Source: an uncultured Sulfolobales archaeon (GTDB lineage: Archaea > Thermoproteota > Thermoprotei_A > Sulfolobales > NBVN01). Taken from it: a stretch of DNA of 64,000 bases. The stretch lies in contig CALIKV010000031.1 in NCBI GenBank assembly GCA_938017505.1, forward strand, positions 2,511-66,510. Direction: 5' to 3'. The notes under the pieces were generated by a model, which saw nothing but the letters and a program-made list of their open reading frames with translations, ran no database searches and was not told the origin of the DNA. The position numbers were made by a program, and so were the translations under genes. Below, piece after piece: positions 56,181 through 64,000 of the stretch. The stretch's first letter is position 1. Every line of letters starts with the position of its first letter.

Positions 56181-57317
56181 TTACGGCTGAGGACTTCCCC
56201 CTTCAGGGTGAGGGGGTGTAAACCCTCTCCTGAGACGGTGTGTGAGGATTTCGCTGATCACGCGCTTAAGTTCCTCCACACCGTAACCCGTAAGTGCTGA
56301 GATCCTCACTACACGCCAGCTCCACAGGTACTTCAGCGATACGTATTCCCTGACCATTCTCTCCACTAGATCCACATCTTCGCATGCATCCACCTTATTC
56401 AAGGCGATCACGAGCGGTTTTCCAAAGTAGCCTATCCGGGTTAGTATGTCTAGGGACGCCCCTACCTTCATCTTAACCACTTCCGGCGATTCTGAGGAGT
56501 CAAGCACCAACACCGTGAAGTCCGAGTAGGATATCTCCTCCAGCGTGGCGTAGAAGGCCTCCACGACTTCGTGAGGTAGGTCTCTCACGAAACCTACCGT
56601 ATCTATGAACATGGTCTTCATACCATCCACGGACGCAGCCCCTACTTTAGGCGACACCGTGGTGAACATCTCCGGCCCAACAGGTTTCCTCAATCCAGTT
56701 AGTACGTTGAACAGGGTTGTCTTCCCCGCGTTGGCGTAGCCGGAGATGGCTATTTGCGGGAAGCCCTTAGAAGTCCTTAAGTCCCTCTCCCTCTTTCTCC
56801 TGGCCCTCAAGACGCTTAACTCCTTCTTAATCCTTACGAGCCTCCTCCTCATATGATTGTAGTACGTCTCCGTAGCGTACTCACCTGGCCCCATGAAGCC
56901 GGGCAATTCACCCAGCTTAGCCTTCCGGATCCACTCCTTAACGATTGGTAACTGATGCGTTATCTCTGCCATCTCTATTTGCAACTTAGCCTCCCTAGAG
57001 CCGGCGTGATCCGCGAATATCTCAAGAACCATGAGTATCTTATCCCTGACCTCCAGTCTGAGCTCCCTAGTTAGGTTAACCACCTGCCTGGGGTGAAGAG
57101 CCTCGTAGACGTACATCACGTTGACGTTTGACTCTCCTGAGTTTAGGAAGTCTTTAAGCTCCTCCATTAACCTGGGGTTCAGGAAGTAGTTCCTGTCAGG
57201 TCTGTAGCTATCACGTAGCTCAACGGTCTTAACGATGTTCAAGCGCAGGGTGTCGGCTAGCGACAGGGCCTCGCCTACGTTATCCTCCCTAGATACGAGT
57301 AAGGCTCTCCTGATCAA
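56181..57317 (-). CDS. hflX: GTPase HflX
   Basis: LEIFADHAGSREAKLQIEMA, GYANAGKT, DTVGF, NKVD, SA. Confidence 0.95.
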   Translation of the reverse strand: MIRRALLVSREDNVGEALSLADTLRLNIVKTVELRDSYRPDRNYFLNPRLMEELKDFLNSGESNVNVMYVYEALHPRQVVNLTRELRLEVRDKILMVLEIFADHAGSREAKLQIEMAEITHQLPIVKEWIRKAKLGELPGFMGPGEYATETYYNHMRRRLVRIKKELSVLRARRKRERDLRTSKGFPQIAISGYANAGKTTLFNVLTGLRKPVGPEMFTTVSPKVGAASVDGMKTMFIDTVGFVRDLPHEVVEAFYATLEEISYSDFTVLVLDSSESPEVVKMKVGASLDILTRIGYFGKPLVIALNKVDACEDVDLVERMVREYVSLKYLWSWRVVRISALTGYGVEELKRVISEILTHRLRRGFTPPHPEGGSPQP

Positions 57318-57322
57318 CCCGA

Positions 57323-57877
57323 TTACTCCTTCTCCCCCTTCCTTCTTAAGACCATCATATCCCCTAACGTCAGGTTCGTGTCGACCTTCCTGCCCGCCTT
57401 GCCGAGATCGGCGCTCGAGTCAGCCACGGGCTCAAGTAACTGAATCTTAAGAGCGTTCTCCAGTCTACGAGCTAACTCCAGTGAGGGCACGAGGCGTCCA
57501 GACTCGATCCTCTTAATCACGTTCTCGCTCTCCTTGACGGCCTCCGCCAAGACCTTCTGAGTCCAGCCAAGCCTCTCTCTAGCCCTCCTAACCCTCTCAC
57601 TAAAGTCAGGAACCACCTCGAACTCCTCAACAATCCTACTACCGCCCGTGCCGGCCTTCCCCAACGCCTGTCGAGCGGCAGGCGGTTTACCGGACTGGGC
57701 TCTCTGAGCCTGTTGAGCATGCTCCCTTAACTCAGTGCTGAGGGTCCTTTTAGAGGTCTTAACGAAGCATGATGGACATAGGACAAGCCTCGTCCCCTCA
57801 ACATACACTATCTTGGCCTCCCTCCTTCTCACGGGCCTACCACACATCTCGCAGTAGGTCACGTCGCTACTCATCAA
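57323..57877 (-). CDS. mbf1: Multiprotein bridging factor aMBF1
   Basis: CEMCG...CPSC zinc ribbon, Cro-type HTH, TLGD. Confidence 0.93.
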   Translation of the reverse strand: MMSSDVTYCEMCGRPVRRREAKIVYVEGTRLVLCPSCFVKTSKRTLSTELREHAQQAQRAQSGKPPAARQALGKAGTGGSRIVEEFEVVPDFSERVRRARERLGWTQKVLAEAVKESENVIKRIESGRLVPSLELARRLENALKIQLLEPVADSSADLGKAGRKVDTNLTLGDMMVLRRKGEKE

Positions 57878-57923
57878 TCAACCCTGACATTTAACTGCTA
57901 AGCACTTTATTAAGCGTACTCAG

Positions 57924-58901
57924 TCACCTCAACCTCGTTAGGCAATGACTCTTGAACACGCACCCAGCACACCTCCCCTGAGAGCAGAACACCTTACTGT
58001 GGAGGTAGACCATTGTTTGAAACCAGCCGTTCAAAGCGCCTAACCTACGCCTTAGAGAAGCTTCAAGGCATTCATCGCTTCTAGGGCATACCTCACACGA
58101 GTACCTCACACAGTACTCCTTCATCGGCTGTTTGTAGTTAGCGGTCAAGGCGTTAAGCATGCTGAACTTCCTGAGGAACTTAAGCAGGTTCACATCGATA
58201 GGCGCGTAGGAAGTCGCCAGCCTGACGAACAACATGTACGCGTAGAGGGACTTCGAACCGATTCCCCGGCACTGAAGAAGAATCCTCGAGCTCTCCGGGT
58301 CCTTAGTTAACGTGCTTCTGAACCTCGCATAACACCTGAGGATATCAGGTAACTCGAGGACTTGATAGCTGCTGCCCACACGCCTGGCCAAGTATTGCCT
58401 GTCAATCCACATCAACGCCTCGAGGGAGGGTAAGGTCTCAAACAGTTTCCTAGCCCATGGGACAGCGTTCTTATGGTAATCGGTGTTGCGCGAGAGAGTT
58501 ATTACCGACAACAACTCCACGTCATCAGCGGGTGAGACTGATATCCCAACATCACCGTAAAGCAACGTCAGGGAGTCGACCACCTCCCTAAGGTCCTCTG
58601 ACACGTTGCGCGAGTACTTCTCCGCATCATACCAGGAACCGCTCAAGTAACCCGCGTACTCAATGCACTCGCTCGAATCGCTTGACGCGTATAATTTATT
58701 ATCGTCGAGCATCAGCGTTAAGTCCCTACAGTGCCCGTATTTCTTGATAGCTTTACGTTCATCCTTAGACACCGTGAAGAGCGGTAGCGTGAACGACGGG
58801 AGTAGGATTGTCGTGAGACCTGCTTCACGCAAGTCCCTGAAAGCCTTGACAAGCGATCTAACCATACGAGGCCTCTCTGTAGAGACTGGCTCGCAGATCA
58901 C
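57924..58901 (-). CDS. HhH-GPD-like protein with two Cys4 motifs
   Basis: LLQCRGIGSK (HhH), APIDVN, two C-x4-C-x2-C-x5-C motifs. Confidence 0.7.
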   Translation of the reverse strand: MICEPVSTERPRMVRSLVKAFRDLREAGLTTILLPSFTLPLFTVSKDERKAIKKYGHCRDLTLMLDDNKLYASSDSSECIEYAGYLSGSWYDAEKYSRNVSEDLREVVDSLTLLYGDVGISVSPADDVELLSVITLSRNTDYHKNAVPWARKLFETLPSLEALMWIDRQYLARRVGSSYQVLELPDILRCYARFRSTLTKDPESSRILLQCRGIGSKSLYAYMLFVRLATSYAPIDVNLLKFLRKFSMLNALTANYKQPMKEYCVRYSCEVCPRSDECLEASLRRRLGALNGWFQTMVYLHSKVFCSQGRCAGCVFKSHCLTRLR

Positions 58902-59752
58902 CTCTCGGTCAGCGATCTTAAGCCATGGGATGCCATAACAAGCAACTCCAGGATCCTATACGCCTCGAGAGGGTCTCGCGCTTCATATGCCACCGTTAAG
59001 CCGTCAACCCTCTTGATCAGCGGTAGGTACTCCGCTATATCCGCAAACCCGCTCTCGTGGAACGAGATCCTAACCTTGACAGGCGTCTCTACGTTAAGCG
59101 TCTTCACAGATCCTTCAGCATAGCTCCTCACAGCGTTCTTAACGCCTAACTCAACCTCCTGGAGAATCCTGCTTAAAGCCGGGCTAACCGAGGAGTACCT
59201 GCTGAGCGATCTCTTCATAGGCACGAACGTAACCCATGGTGTGTGCCTCGCGACCTCCTCCTCAAGCCTCTCATCCCCGGCCAGGAAGACTACCGGGATA
59301 CCTAAGTAGCCCAGCACCGAGGCGTTGATTAGGAATTCGCTGAACCTAACCTCGTTGAACTCGACGGACTTGATAACAGTCCCGCTGTACGTGTGGTCGA
59401 AAGCGGCTCTAGGGGTCCCGTAACCTGCATGATACCCGATCATTAACGCTACATCGCTTCCTTCAGCTCCGGTGATCATCGACGTAGGTCTAGGATAGCC
59501 TCTGACAACGGTCACGTAGTCAGGCAGCTCCTCAACCTTAACGTTAACCATGTCCCCGTGACTGTCAGCAACGACGACCTCTGTGAAACCACTGCTCCTC
59601 AACACGTCACAAACCTTGACGACTGTCTTGGTTGCTATAACCCTAGCTTCCTCCCACAAAGATCTACCTGGGGCTAGGTGAAGGCGACTCACGACGTGGG
59701 GCATGCCCTCCACGTCGACGGAGATGAAAGCACGTCTACCCGGACTGATCAA
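58898..59752 (-). CDS. dppA: M55 D-aminopeptidase
   Basis: ISVDVEG, ADSHG, IGYHA, HTYS, GD. Confidence 0.92.
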   Translation of the reverse strand: MISPGRRAFISVDVEGMPHVVSRLHLAPGRSLWEEARVIATKTVVKVCDVLRSSGFTEVVVADSHGDMVNVKVEELPDYVTVVRGYPRPTSMITGAEGSDVALMIGYHAGYGTPRAAFDHTYSGTVIKSVEFNEVRFSEFLINASVLGYLGIPVVFLAGDERLEEEVARHTPWVTFVPMKRSLSRYSSVSPALSRILQEVELGVKNAVRSYAEGSVKTLNVETPVKVRISFHESGFADIAEYLPLIKRVDGLTVAYEARDPLEAYRILELLVMASHGLRSLTER

Positions 59753-59810
59753 GAACGCTCACCAAAAAATCAGTTTCTAAGCCTTTAAAACTGTAAGAGC
59801 ATCACGATCT

Positions 59811-59880
59811 GTTCTGACCTGGCGTGACGAAGCTAATGCCAGGTCTTCCCCCTTTTCACGGAGGAGCTTTCGGGGCGACA
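59811..59880 (-). mobile_element. Short tnpB 3'-end/omega-RNA-like element (copy E)
   Basis: CCCCGAAAGCTCCTCCGTGAAAAGGGGGAA, then an 8-bp hairpin GACCTGGC/GCCAGGTC, then AGAAC. Confidence 0.55.
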
Positions 59881-60079
59881 AACGAAGTTCTCAACGTGTG
59901 TCGGGCGCAGTTCCCAACCAACGCTGGACAGAAACAGTTTCAAGACCCTAGGATTGTCAAGCGCCTTCTCCTCTCACGTACTACGTTTCCAAGCCTCTCG
60001 AGAGCCGTGTTGATCCTCAGCCCTTCAACGCCTACGGACGAAGATTTATTAGGTTTTGTTCTATGTTTTAGTGGTTTGG

Positions 60080-60157
60080 GGGCCCGTCGTCTAGCCTGGT
60101 TAGGACGCCGCCCTGACACGGCGGAGGTCCGGGGTTCGAGTCCCCGCGGGCCCACCA
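60080..60157 (+). tRNA. tRNA-Val(GAC)
   Basis: Acceptor GGGCCCG/CGGGCCC, CCGCC-CT-GAC-AC-GGCGG, GTTCGAGTC, encoded CCA. Confidence 0.96.
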
Positions 60158-60793
60158 CCAACTAAACCCACGAGCCAGCCGGACTAGCTTTTGTCGCGAG
60201 AACGCCTACAAGGTCTCGAGCCTAAGGTCAACGCCTTTAGGAGGGTGGGGCCTCAGTTAAGCTACCGATATATCAAAGTAAGTGCCGCCGCAGTGGTCTA
60301 GGTACTTCTAGTAAATGAAGTACCTCCTTTGAGTCGAGCCCCTCAATTAATTCCTTCTGCTCTGACTGCATGTTCTTAGAGAACCATGCCTGCGTCCAGC
60401 AACGTAAGTCATTTAAACGGAGTTCTTTAAAACAGCCACAAACGTCTCCCAGAGACATCTTGACTAGCTTCACTCGTTCTATCGCTGGGGAATCCACTAC
60501 TACGTACTCGTCTACGAGGTCTTTAGCTAAAAGTACTGCGACTCAACCCAATCCTCCTCTTTGTGAGGAGTTGATGAAACGTCGTTCTCCCTGCCGGGGA
60601 ATCAGCGTGCTCGTAGAGGCCAGCATGGTACGCTAAGCCGGAAACGATGTTCCCCAGCAGGAACCCACTCCTCCTGTCTAAGACTCTTCCCACTAAAACT
60701 TGGCGACCGCTGCTGGGCCAGCACTTTCCACAGGTACTTCACTAGGAGTGCTCTTCTAATAAAAAGTTTCAAGAGTGTTCATGCATAGGCTAT

Positions 60794-61501
60794 TTATCGA
60801 ATCATTAGACTAATGAGGGGCGCGGTCAAGGCAATCACTACTCCGTACAGGATTAAATCCCTCGGTCTAAATAAAGAGACTTCGCCCTCAATCCTGAGAG
60901 GGTACAGGACGTAAGCCTCAACGATGTTCCTCGAGTTCATGACTGCCAAGAATGCCAGAGGAGTTACAAGGGAAGTCAGCCTCTTTCCCCCGTACTTCAG
61001 TTTTACAGCGACGAGTGCTTCGGAGAAGTGTATTAGGGTTAGTGGGAGGAGGATGCTTATCATCGATAGTATTAACGCTTGATTCCTGAAACCCAGCCTA
61101 ATCATGATTCCCCTCCACTCCTCCAGGCTTATCAACTGGAAGAACAGTGAGAACGCTAGGAAGAACGAGAATATCCTAACTGCTCCCATTATTATTTCGT
61201 CGTATTGGGGAGACGGGTATCCAAGCACTTTATTGATAGCGAATACCGCTGATCCAAGGACCATGAAGAACGCAATAACAGTTACGGCTCTCAAGGCCCT
61301 GTAAAATCCCTTGAGGTACGAGACTACGCCCAGCTCTATACATGCAATTGCAATGGGGTAGGCGTAGTATGGTATGCCTTCTAGCTTAGTGGAGGAGCAG
61401 AGTAGGAAGATGAGTGAGAGCGAGAATACTGCTTTACCTACAGTACTGTAGGCCTTGGACTTCTCATTGTATAGAAACATGTAGGCAAGCTCTCTAAGCA
61501 A
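60794..61501 (-). CDS. ECF transporter T component-like membrane protein
   Basis: Multiple TM helices, AVKLKYG motif, downstream of the ECF ATPase. Confidence 0.65.
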   Translation of the reverse strand: MLRELAYMFLYNEKSKAYSTVGKAVFSLSLIFLLCSSTKLEGIPYYAYPIAIACIELGVVSYLKGFYRALRAVTVIAFFMVLGSAVFAINKVLGYPSPQYDEIIMGAVRIFSFFLAFSLFFQLISLEEWRGIMIRLGFRNQALILSMISILLPLTLIHFSEALVAVKLKYGGKRLTSLVTPLAFLAVMNSRNIVEAYVLYPLRIEGEVSLFRPRDLILYGVVIALTAPLISLMIR

Positions 61502-61507
61502 CAGCTA

Positions 61508-62962
61508 TCACCCGTAGAGTTCCTTGAGGAAGTCCTCGCTGAGGGAGAAGCTGGAGTGCTGCGGGGGTTCCAGCGGCTCAAGCCTTCCACCGGAGATCCT
61601 GTATATCCTTGCTGTACCTGGAGTAAAGTAGGCTACGTCTGGATAGCTCACTGAAACCACCTTTGCTTTCTCTGAGCGCGAGAGTTCCTTGATCAACCTC
61701 CTCCTATCGAGGTAGGTCAGTCCTGAGAAAGGCTCATCCAATAAGACTAGTGAGACGTCTTTCACCAACTTAGATAACTCGAGCGCTGCCTTAACTTGCT
61801 GGCCGTGGGATATGTTGAACGGGGATTCACTTGGATCTACTCCAATCTCCTCCAGCTTCTTCAGTGCATTGCGCTCGCACTCCGATCCCCTGCTGTAGCT
61901 CCTGCATATCGTTTTAGCCTCTCCCTGAAGCGAGCTCTCAGTGAAGAACAGGGGGATGTTCTGTGGAATGTAGATTGCTCGGCCAAGCCTCTCAACTCTC
62001 CCCCTCTTCGGCTTTACGTATCCGGCGAGAATCCTTAGGAGCGTTGTCTTTCCCGAGCCGTTCTCCCCCAAGAGTAAGATGAAGTCACCCTCCCTTACTT
62101 CAAGCTCTACGCCATTCAGTACGTACTCTGAATCGAACGAGTGGTGGATGTCGACTGCCTTGAGGACGACTCTACTAGCAGGCTTTCCTCCACTTCCCTG
62201 TAGTGCGGCGTAGTCTCCCCGTCCAACCCCTTCTCTCAACTCAATCATTAGTCTGTCAGTTACGTCTGTGAGCCTCCCATCCCTCAGTAGGAGGATTCTA
62301 TCAGCAATCCTAGTGATTGGGAGGAACCTGTGTTCAAAAACTATGAGCGTCTTGCCTGTGAGCTTGAGGCTTTCAACAAGCTTCACGAATTCGTTCACTC
62401 CTCTTTCATCAAGCCACATGAGGGGTTCATCGAAGAGTATTGTGCTTGGATTCGATATTAGGGATTTAGCGACTAAAGCTCTCCTAGCCTCGCCTCCCGA
62501 TAGCTCGAAGAAGTACTTGTTAACTATATCGAAGATCCGCAGAGCTTCTACGTGCCTATTTACTGCTCGCTTCGCTACACTCTCATCCCTCCAGACGTTC
62601 ATTGCATGAGATAAGAGGTCGTCGAGCAGTATCGGCTCAGTAAAGTACAAGTAGGGGTTTTGTCCTACGAGCGAGTTTAAGCGACGGGCGACATCGAGGT
62701 CGACGTTCGCGACATCAACTCCTCCAACCACAATTCTCCCCCTAAGCTCTCCCTCGTAGAGCTCCCACAGCCCGCTGATTACTCTAGCTAGAGTTGTCTT
62801 CCCACAGCCAGTACCCCCTATTACGAGGATTACCTCATTCTCGTAAAACCGTTGGTTGACTCCTTTGAGAACCCACTTCCCGCCTCCGTACTTGAACCAC
62901 ACGTCCTCCAACTCTACAGTAACGCTCATGAGCTGTAGACACCTTGGAAAACCGCTGGGCAT
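61508..62962 (-). CDS. ECF transporter fused double ATPase
   Basis: GGTGCGKTT/LSGGE/DEP and GENGSGKTT/ISHGQ/DEPFSG. Confidence 0.85.
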   Translation of the reverse strand: MPSGFPRCLQLMSVTVELEDVWFKYGGGKWVLKGVNQRFYENEVILVIGGTGCGKTTLARVISGLWELYEGELRGRIVVGGVDVANVDLDVARRLNSLVGQNPYLYFTEPILLDDLLSHAMNVWRDESVAKRAVNRHVEALRIFDIVNKYFFELSGGEARRALVAKSLISNPSTILFDEPLMWLDERGVNEFVKLVESLKLTGKTLIVFEHRFLPITRIADRILLLRDGRLTDVTDRLMIELREGVGRGDYAALQGSGGKPASRVVLKAVDIHHSFDSEYVLNGVELEVREGDFILLLGENGSGKTTLLRILAGYVKPKRGRVERLGRAIYIPQNIPLFFTESSLQGEAKTICRSYSRGSECERNALKKLEEIGVDPSESPFNISHGQQVKAALELSKLVKDVSLVLLDEPFSGLTYLDRRRLIKELSRSEKAKVVSVSYPDVAYFTPGTARIYRISGGRLEPLEPPQHSSFSLSEDFLKELYG

Positions 62963-62983
62963 TGCAGTTATCGCTGTTCAGCG

Positions 62984-63556
62984 CTACTTAACTTCCGGTA
63001 TGTAGCTTTTGACTGCTTTAAACGTGATGATGGCTAGAGCGCACACTATGAGCGCTATAGTGGAGTTGAAGACGAAGACGTGGGGCATTATTGCCAAAGT
63101 ATACTTTAGCGCAGACTCATATGTCTTGAACCAGCCGGCCATAAGACCCCAGTAAGGCGTTATAAACAAGTTGAGCATCATCATTACTGCCGACCTGCAG
63201 AGAAGCGCTACTGCTACGGCAACCCAAAACCTCTTCACCGCCCTCCTAGCGAAAAGCGATAGAGGAGTAAACGTAGAGGCTTCAGCCACTACCTTCATAG
63301 CCATTCCTATTGCATCAGATCCCAATGCTATAGGCACCAGGTAGTAGGCAGGCACAGCCATTAAAGCGTACCTTATAGACCCTAGTGCGAGCAGAGCCAG
63401 CGGCACTCCAGAAATATCGTATTTAAGGAATGGGGCGAGGGGATAGGGGATCTCGAAGAACCTAAGAACTACGGCAAGTGCGGTCAGAGAAGATACGTAG
63501 GCGAACCTCCTCAGGGATGAGAGCTCTATTGATTGCTTAGACACAGCACTCACCAA
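62984..63556 (-). CDS. ECF transporter S component (RibU-like)
   Basis: FEIPYPLAPFLKYDISGVP; 190-aa hydrophobic protein. Confidence 0.8.
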   Translation of the reverse strand: MVSAVSKQSIELSSLRRFAYVSSLTALAVVLRFFEIPYPLAPFLKYDISGVPLALLALGSIRYALMAVPAYYLVPIALGSDAIGMAMKVVAEASTFTPLSLFARRAVKRFWVAVAVALLCRSAVMMMLNLFITPYWGLMAGWFKTYESALKYTLAIMPHVFVFNSTIALIVCALAIITFKAVKSYIPEVK

Positions 63557-63603
63557 CTCCTCCGGAAGGACTGAAGCCCTCCCTTATAAGGCTTATCTCG
63601 TAC

Positions 63604-64000
63604 GTGACCTCAAGCGGGAACATCGTTAAGGACAACTACATCGCCGGCGTCGATCTAGGCATTAGACTCGTGGGTAGATCCAATATTATTCAGGGGAACA
63701 CAATTAGCGGAGATCATGCCATAGAACTTTACGGAGATAGCAACAAAATAATTGGCAATCTCCTAATGGGCGGCAGAGGCGTACACGCCCTAAACGGGCG
63801 CGGGAATGAGATAGTGTATAACGCTATATACGTGACGGGTAAAGTAGGAATCTACATGTCCGAAGCGACATCCGATAACGTAATTTACGGCAACGCGTTC
63901 TAGCGCTGCTACAACTTTGAGGCAGCCGACCAGAGCGGGGGGAATTCGTGGTATATAGAAAATGCAACAACGCGTATGGGGAATTACGGGTCATCTCATA
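63604..64000 (+). pseudogene. NosD/right-handed beta-helix protein fragment with internal stop
   Basis: SNIIQGNTI / SNKIIGNLL / GNEIVYNAI repeats; after TAG at 63901 the frame continues AADQSGGNSW...GNY; no signal peptide. Confidence 0.65.

Noticed and set aside
60155-60160. CCACCA after tRNA-Val as a decay tag
   Set aside because: That tag is added post-transcriptionally; an encoded second CCA is probably coincidental.
59824-60165. ORFs 59824-60165 (+) and 59940-60161 (-)
   Set aside because: They overlap tRNA-Val and the copy E relic; no protein motifs.
506-62609. Numerous short ORFs antisense to or nested in called genes
   Set aside because: They are shadow frames of well-supported genes and carry no recognisable motifs.
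63901-63903. Pyrrolysine read-through of TAG
   Set aside because: No pyl genes in the window, all other TAGs act as stops, and the gene shows other signs of decay.
1-64000. CRISPR array or cas genes
   Set aside because: No regularly spaced repeat-spacer series seen; the only tandem repeat (16865-16916) has two copies and no spacer.

Overview
Chromosomal window from an archaeon. The gene set and sequences (PolB3, Hjc, TFE, MBF1, Csl4, Rpo11, TFS, crenarchaeal-type AdoMetDC, GGTGA ribosome-binding sites) point to Thermoproteota, probably Desulfurococcales-like; this placement is inference. Core content includes replication genes (polB, rfcS/rfcL), transcription factors, ribosomal proteins L3-L4-L23-L2, lipid genes and three tRNAs (Ser-GCT, Gln-TTG with a 12-nt intron, Val-GAC). 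Accessory blocks are an amino-acid uptake and deacylation island, an oxidative-stress cluster, an ECF transporter and an S-layer-like protein. The most notable unannotated signal is a dispersed family of non-coding, structured elements resembling the 3' end (omega-RNA/right end) of IS200/IS605 tnpB. Four copies end in a hairpin followed by WGAAC, two copies show a compensatory base change, and no intact tnpB is present in the window, only a 5' fragment. Also found: a C/D-box guide sRNA overlapping a methyltransferase stop codon, an RFC intein with a decayed homing endonuclease, a glycosylase-fold protein with duplicated Cys4 motifs, and several pseudogene remnants. No CRISPR array or rRNA was seen. 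All alignments and foldings were done by eye.
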